Virus record (IMG/VR): IMGVR_UViG_3300020129_000672
Span: 13,211 to 77,210 of that record
DNA: 64,000 nucleotides
Direction: 5' to 3' (one strand)
Source of the DNA: a virus
The notes beneath the pieces were generated by a model that was not told the DNA's origin, ran no database searches, and worked only from the letters and a program-made list of their open reading frames with translations. Positions 16,404 to 26,258 of this stretch are shown here, piece by piece. A program made the position numbers and the translations under genes. Each line of letters opens with the position of its first letter. Position 1 is the stretch's first letter.

Positions 16404-17969
16404 ATGCTTAAATCTCTTGGCGTACGAAACCTCAAAGGACTGTCCGGAGACTACACCTTTACCGCCCGCGTGGTGATCACCGGCGAGGACAACGGGGTGG
16501 GCAAGACCGCCCTCTTGCAGGCGGTGGTGCTCGACATGTTCGGCCACCTGCCGGAGCTGGGTATGCGTCCGATCGACACCCGGGAACTCTCGTCCGGCGA
16601 GGTGATGGTCGTCATGAGCCAGCACACGGACTGGACGGCCACTCAGAAGTGGGGGAAGAAGTATGAGTCGACGTTCGTTCCTGAGAGTCACCTGCATCTG
16701 CCGGTTGAGATGGTGAGTCTCGGGAACTTTTTCAAACTCTCACAGCTCGACCAGGCACGGGCGCTCCTCCGGTGCTCGACTGATCGACCCCAACCAGCCG
16801 ATGTGTTCTTCAACATTAAGACCGAGCTGATGAGCCACGGCTTGGGCAAGGACGAGCTGAAGCTGGCTGAGCAGTTCAATCCCGCGGCCTTCCTTGATAA
16901 CGAGGGCGACTGGCTGTCGGACGTCGTCGACCTGGCGAAGGCTCGGGCGGCCAACCTGAAGCAGCAGATCAAGGGGGCTAAAGCCGCCACCAGCGAGTTG
17001 GTGACCCAAACAACCTCTCAGACGGCTGATCAGGCGCCGACCGATCTCCAGCCGCAGATCGATGAAAAAGATCGCCTCCTGTCAGATATACGCAAAAGTG
17101 TGACAGAGCTGACGGCACTCAAGCAGACGGCAACCACCAGCCGTCAGCAGATCATCAAATCGGGGACCGAGCTGTCGGCCGAGATCGAACAGCTGAAGCG
17201 GCAGCCCCAGCAACCGGCCTGCCGGGTCTGTGGCGGGCCGATCGACTGCCCGACCTGCCGGAAGGCCAGTCTGGACCTTCCGGTCGTTCCTGAGGCAAAA
17301 TTGAAGCAATTGGAGCAGTTACGGCTGGACGCCCGGGCGCAGAAGGCGCTGATCGATGAGCGGACGAAGGATATCGAGGCGATCGCCGCCTCTGAGCAGC
17401 AGGTGTTGGCCGAACTGGCGGACCTCCGTCAACGCCAAGCCCTATGGCATCAGGCGCAGGGCAAGCGGGTGGCGGCCGAGCAAGCTCAATCAACGACCGG
17501 TACCCAAGAGCTCGAGCTGAAGGTCGTTCAGTTGTTCGTCGACCAAGCGGCGGCTAAGATCGGCCAGATCCTCAACCAGTCGCTGACCGCCAGCCTGGCG
17601 GTCGCTAATCAGTTGGTGAATCCCGTGCTGGGGTTTGACCTGCAGTATCAGGATGGCCGATTCGGCTATCTTCGCCGAGGCCGATTTGTCGGCTACGCCA
17701 CTCTTAGCGGATCAGAGCGGGCGGTCATGACGGCCGGGATCGGCATGGCCCTCACATCCGACTCGCCAGAGCGGATCCTCCTGCTGGACGAGCTGGGGAC
17801 AATGCGGGTCGGGACGAAGAAGAAGTTTATCGACACTGTCGGCCGGCTGATCAAAGACGGGGTGATCCACCAAATGATCGCCACCACGCCACAGGTCTCG
17901 AAGCAGGAGCTCGATTACTACGCCGCTCAGGGCGTTCAGGTGATCGATCTGAAGGGACGACAGCCCTAA
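16404..17969 (+). CDS. Rad50/SbcC/SMC-like ABC ATPase
   Basis: Walker A GEDNGVGKT, coiled coils with central CRVC/CPTC, signature LSGSE, Walker B LLLDELG. Confidence 0.85.
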   Translation: MLKSLGVRNLKGLSGDYTFTARVVITGEDNGVGKTALLQAVVLDMFGHLPELGMRPIDTRELSSGEVMVVMSQHTDWTATQKWGKKYESTFVPESHLHLPVEMVSLGNFFKLSQLDQARALLRCSTDRPQPADVFFNIKTELMSHGLGKDELKLAEQFNPAAFLDNEGDWLSDVVDLAKARAANLKQQIKGAKAATSELVTQTTSQTADQAPTDLQPQIDEKDRLLSDIRKSVTELTALKQTATTSRQQIIKSGTELSAEIEQLKRQPQQPACRVCGGPIDCPTCRKASLDLPVVPEAKLKQLEQLRLDARAQKALIDERTKDIEAIAASEQQVLAELADLRQRQALWHQAQGKRVAAEQAQSTTGTQELELKVVQLFVDQAAAKIGQILNQSLTASLAVANQLVNPVLGFDLQYQDGRFGYLRRGRFVGYATLSGSERAVMTAGIGMALTSDSPERILLLDELGTMRVGTKKKFIDTVGRLIKDGVIHQMIATTPQVSKQELDYYAAQGVQVIDLKGRQP

Positions 17970-18014
17970 ATTATGAGACGATCCGGCTGTCTTATGACAC
18001 GAACAGCCTGATCC

Positions 18015-19817
18015 ATGCAACAAACGATCCGAATTATGCAAACCTCAAGAACTCTCACGGCCGAGCAGGAGCGGATGATCTCCTGCACTAAGCTCAGTCG
18101 AGTCGCCCTGGCCGGGCCCGGCAGCGGTAAGACCACAACGATTGTCGAACTCGTCAGCCGTCTATCGCCGGACGAGGCGAAGAAAACAGCCCTCTTGACG
18201 TTCACCCGGGCCGGCGCGGGCGAGATCAAGCGCCGCCTCCCGCCCGGCACACAGCTGATGTTTAGCGGCACAACCCACGCCTATGGTCTGTGCCTGCTCA
18301 ACCGAGAGGGTACGCGGATCGGTCTTCGGCAAAAACTTCAGGTGATTGATGAAGACAGCGAGGCCGACACGCTGAATGACGCGATTCACGAGCTGTCGTA
18401 CAAGGGTGAGCTCGATCTGGTGAAGAAGGAGATCGAGCGCAATCCCAAGGCCTTCAAGTTTGACCGACCGCTGGCGCGTGAAGACGCCTACCGGGTGGCC
18501 TTGCTCTACCATCAGAAGCTGTTTGAAGGCGGTCAGCTCGATTTTGACTCGATCCTGACCTACACGGTGGCGCTCCTTCGGTCTGGAAAAGCTAGCTGGC
18601 GGCCAGAGCTTTTGATAGTTGATGAAGCACAGGACTCGGCCGAGATAGAGTGGGATATCTACCGGCTGATAAAGGCGCCGAGAATTGTTTTTTGCGGAGA
18701 CGTTGACCAGTCGATTTATGAATGGAGGGGCGCATCTCCGGCCGATCTCTTGGACCTAACAAAGCATCCGGAAACCGGGTTGCATTTGTTGACGCTCAAC
18801 CACCGATCGGGTCCTGAATTGTGCAAGGCAGCGACCTCCTTGATCAGCAACAATCGCGATCGGCACAACAAGCCGGTCGTGTCTGTTCGGCAACCGGAAG
18901 GTCGGGAGATTCACGAGGTGGCGCTCGATGACCGAACGAAGGAGATGCAGTACGTTCTTCAGTGGGTGCGCGAACGGTCGGACAAGGATGTGGCGGTTCT
19001 CTGCCGGTGGAACGATGGGCGGAAGGAGATCAAGGACATGTTGGAAAAGGCGGGCTTGAAGGTCCAAGGAACGGCCGAACGTCCTAAACGATTGTCGGAG
19101 GCCATCGCCTACGCGTCAGCCTGCGGTGACCCGGCGAATGATCAGCTGGTGTTTCACGCCATCCGGACCAAACGAGGGAAGAAGACCGCGACGTTGATCA
19201 AGCAGCAGGCACGGGCGCAGGCCCGACCGATTGCTGGTCTGCTGCAGGACGAACCAATCCCGTTCTTTCCCCGTGGGTGGTGCAAGGTCCAAGGATTGTC
19301 TGTTAACGTCACCACGACCGGCCCAGCTGCCTTGGCGGCCTTCCTGATCGCAACCCATCATCTGTCGGACTTCGGCCAGGACGTGGCGGACCTCGCGCGG
19401 AAGGTCCTGCAGCTGGCGACCGATACGACGGATCTCGCGGAATTCGCAATGATGTTGCGGGAGGAGATCGACGCTCAGAAGGAACAGGGAATTTGGGTTT
19501 CGACCGTCCATCGCGCTAAAGGACTTGAGTGGGATTACGTGCTCCTCCCGTTCTGGACCCAAGGACTGTTCCCGCGGAAGAACCCAACCGAGGAAGATCG
19601 ACGGACGGCCTTCGTCGCCCTTACACGGGCCAAACTGGAGGCGTACATTACGTGGACGCGGTCAACTCCCATGTGGGGCGACGTGCGGGCAACCACCCGT
19701 AGCCAGTTCATTCGCGAGATGAACGTGCCGGTCAATCCGACGGGCGAGAAGCCTACTCCAGTGACTGCCAGCCCCGTCCCAACCGTCGTGGAGAAAGGAC
19801 CGGACGATGAATTCTAA
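18015..19817 (+). CDS. UvrD/Rep/PcrA SF1 helicase
   Basis: AGPGSGKT, LTFT, VDEAQD, GDVDQSIYEWRGA, NHRS, TVHRAKGLEW, VALTRAK. Confidence 0.95.
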   Translation: MQQTIRIMQTSRTLTAEQERMISCTKLSRVALAGPGSGKTTTIVELVSRLSPDEAKKTALLTFTRAGAGEIKRRLPPGTQLMFSGTTHAYGLCLLNREGTRIGLRQKLQVIDEDSEADTLNDAIHELSYKGELDLVKKEIERNPKAFKFDRPLAREDAYRVALLYHQKLFEGGQLDFDSILTYTVALLRSGKASWRPELLIVDEAQDSAEIEWDIYRLIKAPRIVFCGDVDQSIYEWRGASPADLLDLTKHPETGLHLLTLNHRSGPELCKAATSLISNNRDRHNKPVVSVRQPEGREIHEVALDDRTKEMQYVLQWVRERSDKDVAVLCRWNDGRKEIKDMLEKAGLKVQGTAERPKRLSEAIAYASACGDPANDQLVFHAIRTKRGKKTATLIKQQARAQARPIAGLLQDEPIPFFPRGWCKVQGLSVNVTTTGPAALAAFLIATHHLSDFGQDVADLARKVLQLATDTTDLAEFAMMLREEIDAQKEQGIWVSTVHRAKGLEWDYVLLPFWTQGLFPRKNPTEEDRRTAFVALTRAKLEAYITWTRSTPMWGDVRATTRSQFIREMNVPVNPTGEKPTPVTASPVPTVVEKGPDDEF

Positions 19818-20148
19818 AAAACCTCCAGTCAGCCCAGAAGAGCAGGAGCGTAAGGACAAGCACGTTCAATTCACCAAGGCCTTTGTTGAGGCCTTTCAAG
19901 AGCAGTTCAGCCAGCCGTATGTCCATCAGGGAGCAAAAGACGGCAGCCCGCTCAAGGCATTCATCCTGGCCGCCCCGGCCGTTACGGTCGACCGTTGGAC
20001 ACAGGTGGCGCGCGCGACGTGGAACAGTCCAAACCGTTGGCAGCGGGAGAACGTGGTGACGATCGCCATGCTGTGCAGCCAGTGGAATCAGGTGGCGTCA
20101 AAGGTTCAACCGGCAGGCCAAACCCCAACCGACGACCGATGGATCTAA
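19807..20148 (+). CDS. hypothetical protein (possible initiator fragment)
   Basis: Directly upstream of the DnaC-like loader. Confidence 0.6.
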   Translation: MNSKKPPVSPEEQERKDKHVQFTKAFVEAFQEQFSQPYVHQGAKDGSPLKAFILAAPAVTVDRWTQVARATWNSPNRWQRENVVTIAMLCSQWNQVASKVQPAGQTPTDDRWI

Positions 20149-20152
20149 TCCA

Positions 20153-20779
20153 ATGCTATGTCGCTATTGTCGGACGGCCGTCGGTGGCGGTCAACCGTGC
20201 TGCCGGCGGTGTGTCGCCCTCCACGAGGCTGCCTGGGAGACCATTCTGGACAGGCGCTCGATCTACCGCGAGACCGATCTGAAGGTTCTTCAGATCAAAC
20301 ACCCACACCTTATGACGCGCTACAGCGATGTCTTGGCCTACAACCATCACTCGGATAAAGGACTGGTTCTGCACGGTGATTCCGGGACGGGCAAGACCCG
20401 CATCACCTGGCTTTTGATGCGGCGCCTTCATGATGACGGAGTGCCGGTCGGTGCAATTTCTGCACCAGCCCTTGGCGAGGGCCTTTCTAACTCAGCGTTT
20501 GACGGCGAGATGACGGACTGGATCGTTCAGCTCTCCAACTGTGAGGTGCTGTTTATTGATGATCTGGATAAGCTGGTGGCTACCCCACGGGTTCAGCAGG
20601 GGCTTTACACAGCGATTGAGCACATGACGTCGACCGGTCGGAAGTTGGTGATTACAACCAACCTGACGGGCCCGGCCTTCCGTCAGCGGTTTGATCCAGC
20701 GATCGGTCCGGCGATCGGGCGGCGGATCGGCCAGTTCTGCCGGCAGATCAAATTCTGGAACGTGGAGGAGGCCCAATGA
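20153..20779 (+). CDS. DnaC/IstB-like AAA+ helicase loader
   Basis: N-terminal Cys pairs, GDSGTGKT, LFIDDLDK, ITTNL, RR. Confidence 0.9.
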   Translation: MLCRYCRTAVGGGQPCCRRCVALHEAAWETILDRRSIYRETDLKVLQIKHPHLMTRYSDVLAYNHHSDKGLVLHGDSGTGKTRITWLLMRRLHDDGVPVGAISAPALGEGLSNSAFDGEMTDWIVQLSNCEVLFIDDLDKLVATPRVQQGLYTAIEHMTSTGRKLVITTNLTGPAFRQRFDPAIGPAIGRRIGQFCRQIKFWNVEEAQ

Positions 20780-22092
20780 TTGTCCTTCCCCCGACCGCCC
20801 CAGACGCCGAGGCCGGTGCTCTTGGCTGCATCCTGCTCGATCCTGATCAGGTGATCCCAAAAGCTCGACAGGTGTTGACCACCCATCAGATGTTCCACGA
20901 CGAGCGTAATCAACAGATCTTTCGAACTGCCTTGGCAATGAACAGCGCCGGTCAGTCGATTGATCTCATTACGTTCAGTCAACGTCTGCAGGACGAGAAG
21001 AAGCTGGATGATATCGGTGGTCGCGGGTATCTGGCGGCCTTGCAGGACACAACGCCGTCGCCTGCCAATTTTTCCTACTACGCTGATATTTTGATCGAGA
21101 AATATCGTCTGCGCGAACTACTCGAACGGGCGAATGAGATTACAGAGATGGTTGCTCGTAGCCAGTCGGCGGCCGAAATTTTTGCCCGGTGGTCGGACGT
21201 AGCGGTCGAGCTGTCGGGCGCCGCCCCTTCGAAGTCGATAAAGGAGTTGGCAACCGAGGCATATGACGATCTCATGGCGTCGGCCGAGCGGGTTCAAAAA
21301 GGTGGAGCGATTGGGCTTAACATCGGGATCCGGTCGGTCGACCAAAAGACCCGGGGCCTGATGTCGAAGGAACTGGTGATTCTGGCCGCTCGGCCCGGTC
21401 TTGGAAAGACCAGTGCTCTGTTGAGTGTCGCGCGCAACATCGCGCTGGCCGGTGGGCCGGTTGCCTATCTGTCGTTTGAGTCCGACACGGACGAGCTGAC
21501 CAAGCGGCTGATCGGTATCGAGTCGATGATCGACCAGCAGCGGCCAGAGCTGTGGGATGAGGCGGATCACCTGCTGCTCAACCAGTCATCGACCAGGATT
21601 GGAAAACTGCAGATCCATATGCGGTTCCTGCCGGACGCTCGGATCGACCAAGTGTGCGCCCTGGCGATCGCCCTTAATAATCAGCACGGCCTCAAGGCCC
21701 TCCTCCTTGACTCGCTGGGAATGATTCCCGGTACGCGCGACCACTACCAAGACAAAGATCGGGTGAATGAGGTGGTGGCCTATCTTCACCGGTTAAAGAG
21801 CAAGCTCAATATCCCGATCATCGCCGCCCATCATCTCAATCGTGAGGCCGAGACGGAGAAGCGGCCGAAGCTGCGGCACCTGGGCCAGACGGGTGATGTC
21901 GAGAAGTACGCGAATGTCGTGGTCTTCCTCCATCAACCGGGGGCCGATCAGAACAAGCTTCATCTCCCGACCGTCAGCGCCAGTTGGATTGTGGAGAAAC
22001 GGCGGGGGGGTGAGACCGGAGACTGCGATGCACAATTTCGGCGTTATTGTGGGCGATGGGAGGACCTTCCGCTCGATCACGCCAATAGTTAA
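20776..22092 (+). CDS. dnaB: DnaB-like replicative helicase
   Basis: DnaB N-terminal domain (AEAGALGCILL, IGGRGYL), AARPGLGKT, HLNR, EKRRGGETG; several motifs diverged. Confidence 0.9.
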   Translation: MIVLPPTAPDAEAGALGCILLDPDQVIPKARQVLTTHQMFHDERNQQIFRTALAMNSAGQSIDLITFSQRLQDEKKLDDIGGRGYLAALQDTTPSPANFSYYADILIEKYRLRELLERANEITEMVARSQSAAEIFARWSDVAVELSGAAPSKSIKELATEAYDDLMASAERVQKGGAIGLNIGIRSVDQKTRGLMSKELVILAARPGLGKTSALLSVARNIALAGGPVAYLSFESDTDELTKRLIGIESMIDQQRPELWDEADHLLLNQSSTRIGKLQIHMRFLPDARIDQVCALAIALNNQHGLKALLLDSLGMIPGTRDHYQDKDRVNEVVAYLHRLKSKLNIPIIAAHHLNREAETEKRPKLRHLGQTGDVEKYANVVVFLHQPGADQNKLHLPTVSASWIVEKRRGGETGDCDAQFRRYCGRWEDLPLDHANS

Positions 22093-22111
22093 TAGATAAC
22101 ACAAAATTAAA

Positions 22112-22372
22112 ATGACAGTTGATCAGGAAATTATCGCGGATAAAGAACTTCGCCGTGATACCGACGCAATCATTCAGCGAGTTAAGGCGCTTCCGTCAAC
22201 CCGGGAGCGTTCGCTGACTATCACCAAGCTCCAAGAGGGCGTGATGTGGCTCGGTATGGACTTGAAGCGTATTAATGATGCGGCACCCGGGGCGGTAGCA
22301 AACCCATACCCGAACAGTAAAGATCCATCGAACACGAAGATTGAACCAACGGCGGATAATCTAAAGCTGTAA
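22112..22372 (+). CDS. Acb2/Tad1-like helical-hairpin protein (putative immune-signal sponge)
   Basis: LPSTRERSLTITKLQEGVMWL matches the RExSLAITKLEEAxMW pattern. Confidence 0.65.
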   Translation: MTVDQEIIADKELRRDTDAIIQRVKALPSTRERSLTITKLQEGVMWLGMDLKRINDAAPGAVANPYPNSKDPSNTKIEPTADNLKL

Positions 22373-22413
22373 ATCCATCCAGTGGGATCAAACCACTTAA
22401 CCAGAATCAAACA

Positions 22414-22908
22414 ATGAGCAGCAAAATACAGCCCGCCAGTTGGGCGGCCGCATACGAAGCGTGCTTGGCGCAGATCCAGGCACTCTTGGAGGAACACAGC
22501 AAGGCGATGGCTAAAGACTGCGACAACAGTCCGGTCAATCGATTGAAGTTCACGGTCAAGGGTGAGCTCGATCTGAGCGCCAAGGCCCATCACATCGAGC
22601 TTGATCTGAGTTACGAGCCGGTGGTGGTGAAGCAGAAGGACACGCGGTCGATCCAAGGAGAGGATCCGGACCAGCTTCGGCTGTCGTTGTCTGGCGCGCC
22701 CGGCATGCCGCTCGAACCTGAGACAAAGAAGCCGAAGGCTGAGCCGGCTAAAGTGCCGCCCGTTCCGCCTCCGCCTGTCACCCCGCCTCCGCCACCGGCA
22801 GCGGTGGATGACGATGAGGATGCTTGGGGATCACCGCCGAAGGTTACTCAACCAACAGCGGTGTCCGAGCCCGAGGCGCCAAAGGGAAAGAAAAAGAAGG
22901 CCAAGTGA
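22414..22908 (+). CDS. hypothetical protein with Pro/Lys-rich tail
   Basis: 164-aa ORF in operon. Confidence 0.65.
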   Translation: MSSKIQPASWAAAYEACLAQIQALLEEHSKAMAKDCDNSPVNRLKFTVKGELDLSAKAHHIELDLSYEPVVVKQKDTRSIQGEDPDQLRLSLSGAPGMPLEPETKKPKAEPAKVPPVPPPPVTPPPPPAAVDDDEDAWGSPPKVTQPTAVSEPEAPKGKKKKAK

Positions 22909-23306
22909 CGGTCTGGCCGGTCGCGCACGAGCCCCTGCGGTTCGAGGTCGGCAGCCGGAGTCGACCAGACTTGAAACATCTGGTCGACCTTGGGGCCGGT
23001 CGGGGCTGGTGTGGGTGTGAGGATTTCTCGATCAACATCATGCGGGAGATCCAGCAGGGGGCATCCCACCGGCCGTGCCGGCATATTGAGGCGGCTACCA
23101 GGTGGCACCGCCAGCTGCTCCTCATGTGGTTTACATCGGTGTTGAATATTAAACTCAATGAAAAAGAAGGCTCATACGTCGGTCGGCGGCTCCAGCAAAT
23201 CGCGTTCGCCCAGGCGCGCGTTGTGGGTCAGCGCCTTCCCAAACCAACGACCGACGTCGATCAAGGGCGGCTGCCAGTCAGGCAAGCGCGCAAATACCAT
23301 CTCTGA
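22905..23306 (+). CDS. SWIM zinc-finger protein
   Basis: GTGA-coupled start; WCGCEDF...PCRHI. Confidence 0.7.
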   Translation: MTVWPVAHEPLRFEVGSRSRPDLKHLVDLGAGRGWCGCEDFSINIMREIQQGASHRPCRHIEAATRWHRQLLLMWFTSVLNIKLNEKEGSYVGRRLQQIAFAQARVVGQRLPKPTTDVDQGRLPVRQARKYHL

Positions 23307-23583
23307 GATGAAGCGCCACTACTTGGTGGCGCGAAAGCAGTTTCTGAAGGATAATCCATATTGTTGGTGTACAGCTCAGCTTTATTTATTAGGGCAGGAA
23401 TGTCACAAGGTTAGCCGAGACGTTCATCATATACGTGGACGACTTGGTCCATTATTGATCGATCAAAGGTTCTGGATGCCAGTTTGTAGAGAGGCTCATG
23501 ACTGGATTGATCGGAACCGTAATAAAGCCCGTCAATTCGGATGGCTAGCGCCAGTGGGAGAATACAACACTTTACCACGATGA
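23158..23583 (+). CDS. HNH-like nuclease
   Basis: PYC...DVHHIRGR...VCREAHDWI; start may instead be 23308. Confidence 0.7.
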   Translation: MKKKAHTSVGGSSKSRSPRRALWVSAFPNQRPTSIKGGCQSGKRANTISEMKRHYLVARKQFLKDNPYCWCTAQLYLLGQECHKVSRDVHHIRGRLGPLLIDQRFWMPVCREAHDWIDRNRNKARQFGWLAPVGEYNTLPR

Positions 23584-24173
23584 ATGTCGTGGCATGGGAC
23601 CCAGGGGCGTCTGGTTCATTTGCATGGGAATCGGGCGGCAAATTGTTTACTCGAAAGTTTCCGGATGATCTGGAAAACTTGTCCAAGCTATTATATTCCA
23701 TATTGAGTAACCCATTGTCGGTATTGGTATATGAATCTCAAACTGGCTTCGCCGGCACGCGCAACAGCGCGCCCGCCATGTTCTCTTTCGGCTGTTCCTA
23801 CCAATCTCCGCTGAGTGCCATCGCGATGCTTAACGTCATCCGGGCTCATAATCGGATTCCAGATATAGATTTTATGGCGTTCACTCCCGTCGAGTGGCAA
23901 TCGATGTTAGGGATCGACGATCGAAAGCAGAAGAAGGAGCAGAAGATTTCTAAAAAGAAGTGGGATGGTCCGATCGATGACTACGATTCATATTGCCGAG
24001 CAGTGGATGCTCGGAACCAGCCACTCAAACGAGCGTGGAAGACTGCGCTGTATGATCGGGCGGTTGAGATCTATCGAGGTCGCAATCTCGCTCAGCCGAT
24101 CACGATGTCGAACTGCGATGCTCTATTGTTGCTGGAATGCGGTCAGTTGGCCATTCGCCTAAGACTATTTTGA
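23580..24173 (+). CDS. RuvC-like Holliday junction resolvase
   Basis: VAWDPGASG, YE, FSFG, TPVEWQ, CDALLL. Confidence 0.8.
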   Translation: MNVVAWDPGASGSFAWESGGKLFTRKFPDDLENLSKLLYSILSNPLSVLVYESQTGFAGTRNSAPAMFSFGCSYQSPLSAIAMLNVIRAHNRIPDIDFMAFTPVEWQSMLGIDDRKQKKEQKISKKKWDGPIDDYDSYCRAVDARNQPLKRAWKTALYDRAVEIYRGRNLAQPITMSNCDALLLLECGQLAIRLRLF

Positions 24174-24437
24174 ATGAACTTACCACAGGTCGGCAATTTG
24201 GCGGTCAGGTCCTACCCAAATTCCACTAAACGCTGGATGATCGTGATCATCACCGGTGCGGGCGAGAACGTCCTGACCTCCCGTGATTACCAATTGCATC
24301 AGTCGAACAACCCCGGGCAGTATCCGGCCATCAAGTCGGTCGAGCGGGCGACCGAGCTGATGAACGACTGGCATCGGGCGCTCCAAGCTCAACCAAAGAC
24401 GAAGTCCAAAGGTCAGCGTCACCAGCCCTCGTCCTGA
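24174..24437 (+). CDS. hypothetical protein
   Basis: 87 aa, abuts the previous stop. Confidence 0.55.
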   Translation: MNLPQVGNLAVRSYPNSTKRWMIVIITGAGENVLTSRDYQLHQSNNPGQYPAIKSVERATELMNDWHRALQAQPKTKSKGQRHQPSS

Positions 24438-24808
24438 TCTGGAAGGTTCTCCCGCAGCCAGCACTTCTTCTTCGGCAACCGGGCGGCCAGGCGGAGGTTG
24501 CACCAGCAGCCTAACTGTTGATCGCTCTGATCATCCACGAACTGCCCGGGCGTGCCGCAGAAGCCCCGATCGTTCATCCAGCAGTCGTCACAGACGGCCA
24601 ACCGTCGGACGGTCTCCGGTGTGTCACGCGTTAGGAACGCCCGTACGGCCATCAGGGAGGCCCTTAGGAGGCTCGTACAGGCGTCTTTCACCCCCCACCG
24701 CGACTTCCATGCCCTCCACACTGTCGGCGTGCTGGCGGCCGCCCTAAGCAATTCTAGTGATGGTTGTCGCCTGAGGAGTGAGTGGGATGCTAAAAATTCC
24801 GATTTCAT
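24419..24808 (-). CDS. Cys-rich hypothetical protein (start uncertain)
   Basis: RLAVCDDC...C...GCWC...KC; directly downstream of TerL. Confidence 0.6.
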   Translation of the reverse strand: MKSEFLASHSLLRRQPSLELLRAAASTPTVWRAWKSRWGVKDACTSLLRASLMAVRAFLTRDTPETVRRLAVCDDCWMNDRGFCGTPGQFVDDQSDQQLGCWCNLRLAARLPKKKCWLRENLPDQDEGW

Positions 24809-26222
24809 ACATCAGCATGTAGGTCAGTGCGTCAAAAATATGCTTCAGCGGATCTTTCGGGTCGATGTCGCCGTCAGAGTCGGTTTCGATCTGTTCCAGC
24901 ATTTGGATGATGCAGGTGCAGCGCGCGCTGATGAACAGCCGATTGTTGTTCAGCATCCGCTTCAGCAGCTCCTGCCGTTTGAACACACTGCCTGCCCCCT
25001 TCTTGATCCCCTTGAGCAGGATCCGACCGTCGGTTCCCAGGCGAATTTCTCTGGCGACCGAGCTGTCGGCGGCCGATGAATAGTTGAGGGACGAACTGTC
25101 GGACCAATGGCGCCAACGGAGGTAGGGAGTATTTTTGCCCTCCATGTGATTTTCCCAGAAATCCATTTTGGACGCAAATTCCCGCCCAAACCGGCCGGCC
25201 GAATAGTTGACGCCCGTTCGGACATGCTCGTCGATCACGTAGATCTGCTGCGTGCCGTCTTCGACCATCACTTTGCAGCCGATGACCGCCGCGTGATTCA
25301 TCGCGTCCCCCATGTCCCAGCCGGTCGGGAATTCCGAACAGCCCTCGGGCGGCATCAGGGCCGACCTCATCCGCGGATCGGACGGCGCGAGGTCGCCAAT
25401 CACGTGGTGCTCCGCCCGGAACTGATCTTTGAAGGCCGTTCCCTCCCGGCTGGCCACCCATTCACCGCGGTAGTTCCGGGCCAGCTCGATTTCATCGTGA
25501 CTGTTGTTCTCCCGGATGCTGTCTTTTACCGACTGCGGAATGAACTGATTGTCCTCCAGAGTGAACGCCACTTCCATCAGGTGGGGCTTTATATCCGGTG
25601 GGTAATTGCCATCCCGGTCGCGCAGGAATTTTTGGTACAGCCAGCTCTTTCGGCCGGTCCGGGGTGGATTGCAGTCGAGGAAGATCTCGTGCTTGTGGTC
25701 CGGGATATGCCAGATCCGGAGCTGATCGCTCAGCTTGTTCAGCACGTCCTCGCTGTCCCACCGGTCGGCCTCCACCAGGTAGAAGCCGCTGAATCGACTG
25801 TCCTTGAACTTCTCGACCGCCCGGTCGGTCTCCAGCGTGTGGAGCTGCACCTCGGATTGGCCGCCATGCTTGTTCCAAATCCGAAAATACCGCATTTTAG
25901 TGTCACGTACGAACGATGGTCTGACCGCGTATTCGCATCCATCAAGCTCCTTGAACCATTGGTCCTCGAGGATCCCATAGGGCCCAACAATATCGTCCCA
26001 AACACCGTTGACCGACAGCTTCAATCCTTTCACGACCACGCCAAACACCGCGCCATTATTGAGCCAGCAGTGGTTGATCACCATATTCTGGATCGTATTA
26101 CTCTTGGTCGATCGCCTAGGACCGTGCAGAAGGGTGATTCGTCGGTGGTTTAGGTAGACCTCAATTCCCTTGTCTGACATGCGGGGCACCCAAAACCGCT
26201 GCTTGTTCCGGCTGATAATCAT
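24744..26222 (-). CDS. terL: terminase large subunit
   Basis: Walker A-like HGPRRSTKS, Walker B-like FYLVEAD, DCNPP, DN..I, GEW, nuclease motifs GWDMG, WSDSS, HIFDALTY. Confidence 0.9.
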   Translation of the reverse strand: MIISRNKQRFWVPRMSDKGIEVYLNHRRITLLHGPRRSTKSNTIQNMVINHCWLNNGAVFGVVVKGLKLSVNGVWDDIVGPYGILEDQWFKELDGCEYAVRPSFVRDTKMRYFRIWNKHGGQSEVQLHTLETDRAVEKFKDSRFSGFYLVEADRWDSEDVLNKLSDQLRIWHIPDHKHEIFLDCNPPRTGRKSWLYQKFLRDRDGNYPPDIKPHLMEVAFTLEDNQFIPQSVKDSIRENNSHDEIELARNYRGEWVASREGTAFKDQFRAEHHVIGDLAPSDPRMRSALMPPEGCSEFPTGWDMGDAMNHAAVIGCKVMVEDGTQQIYVIDEHVRTGVNYSAGRFGREFASKMDFWENHMEGKNTPYLRWRHWSDSSSLNYSSAADSSVAREIRLGTDGRILLKGIKKGAGSVFKRQELLKRMLNNNRLFISARCTCIIQMLEQIETDSDGDIDPKDPLKHIFDALTYMLMYEIGIFSIPLTPQATTITRIA

Positions 26223-26258
26223 TGCGAATCCGGCCGGACCGTACCATCATGATGGCCG

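Noticed and set aside
16404-19817. Gabija-like defence pair (ATPase plus UvrD)
   Set aside because: The ATPase ends after Walker B with no TOPRIM domain, and the context is a replication operon.
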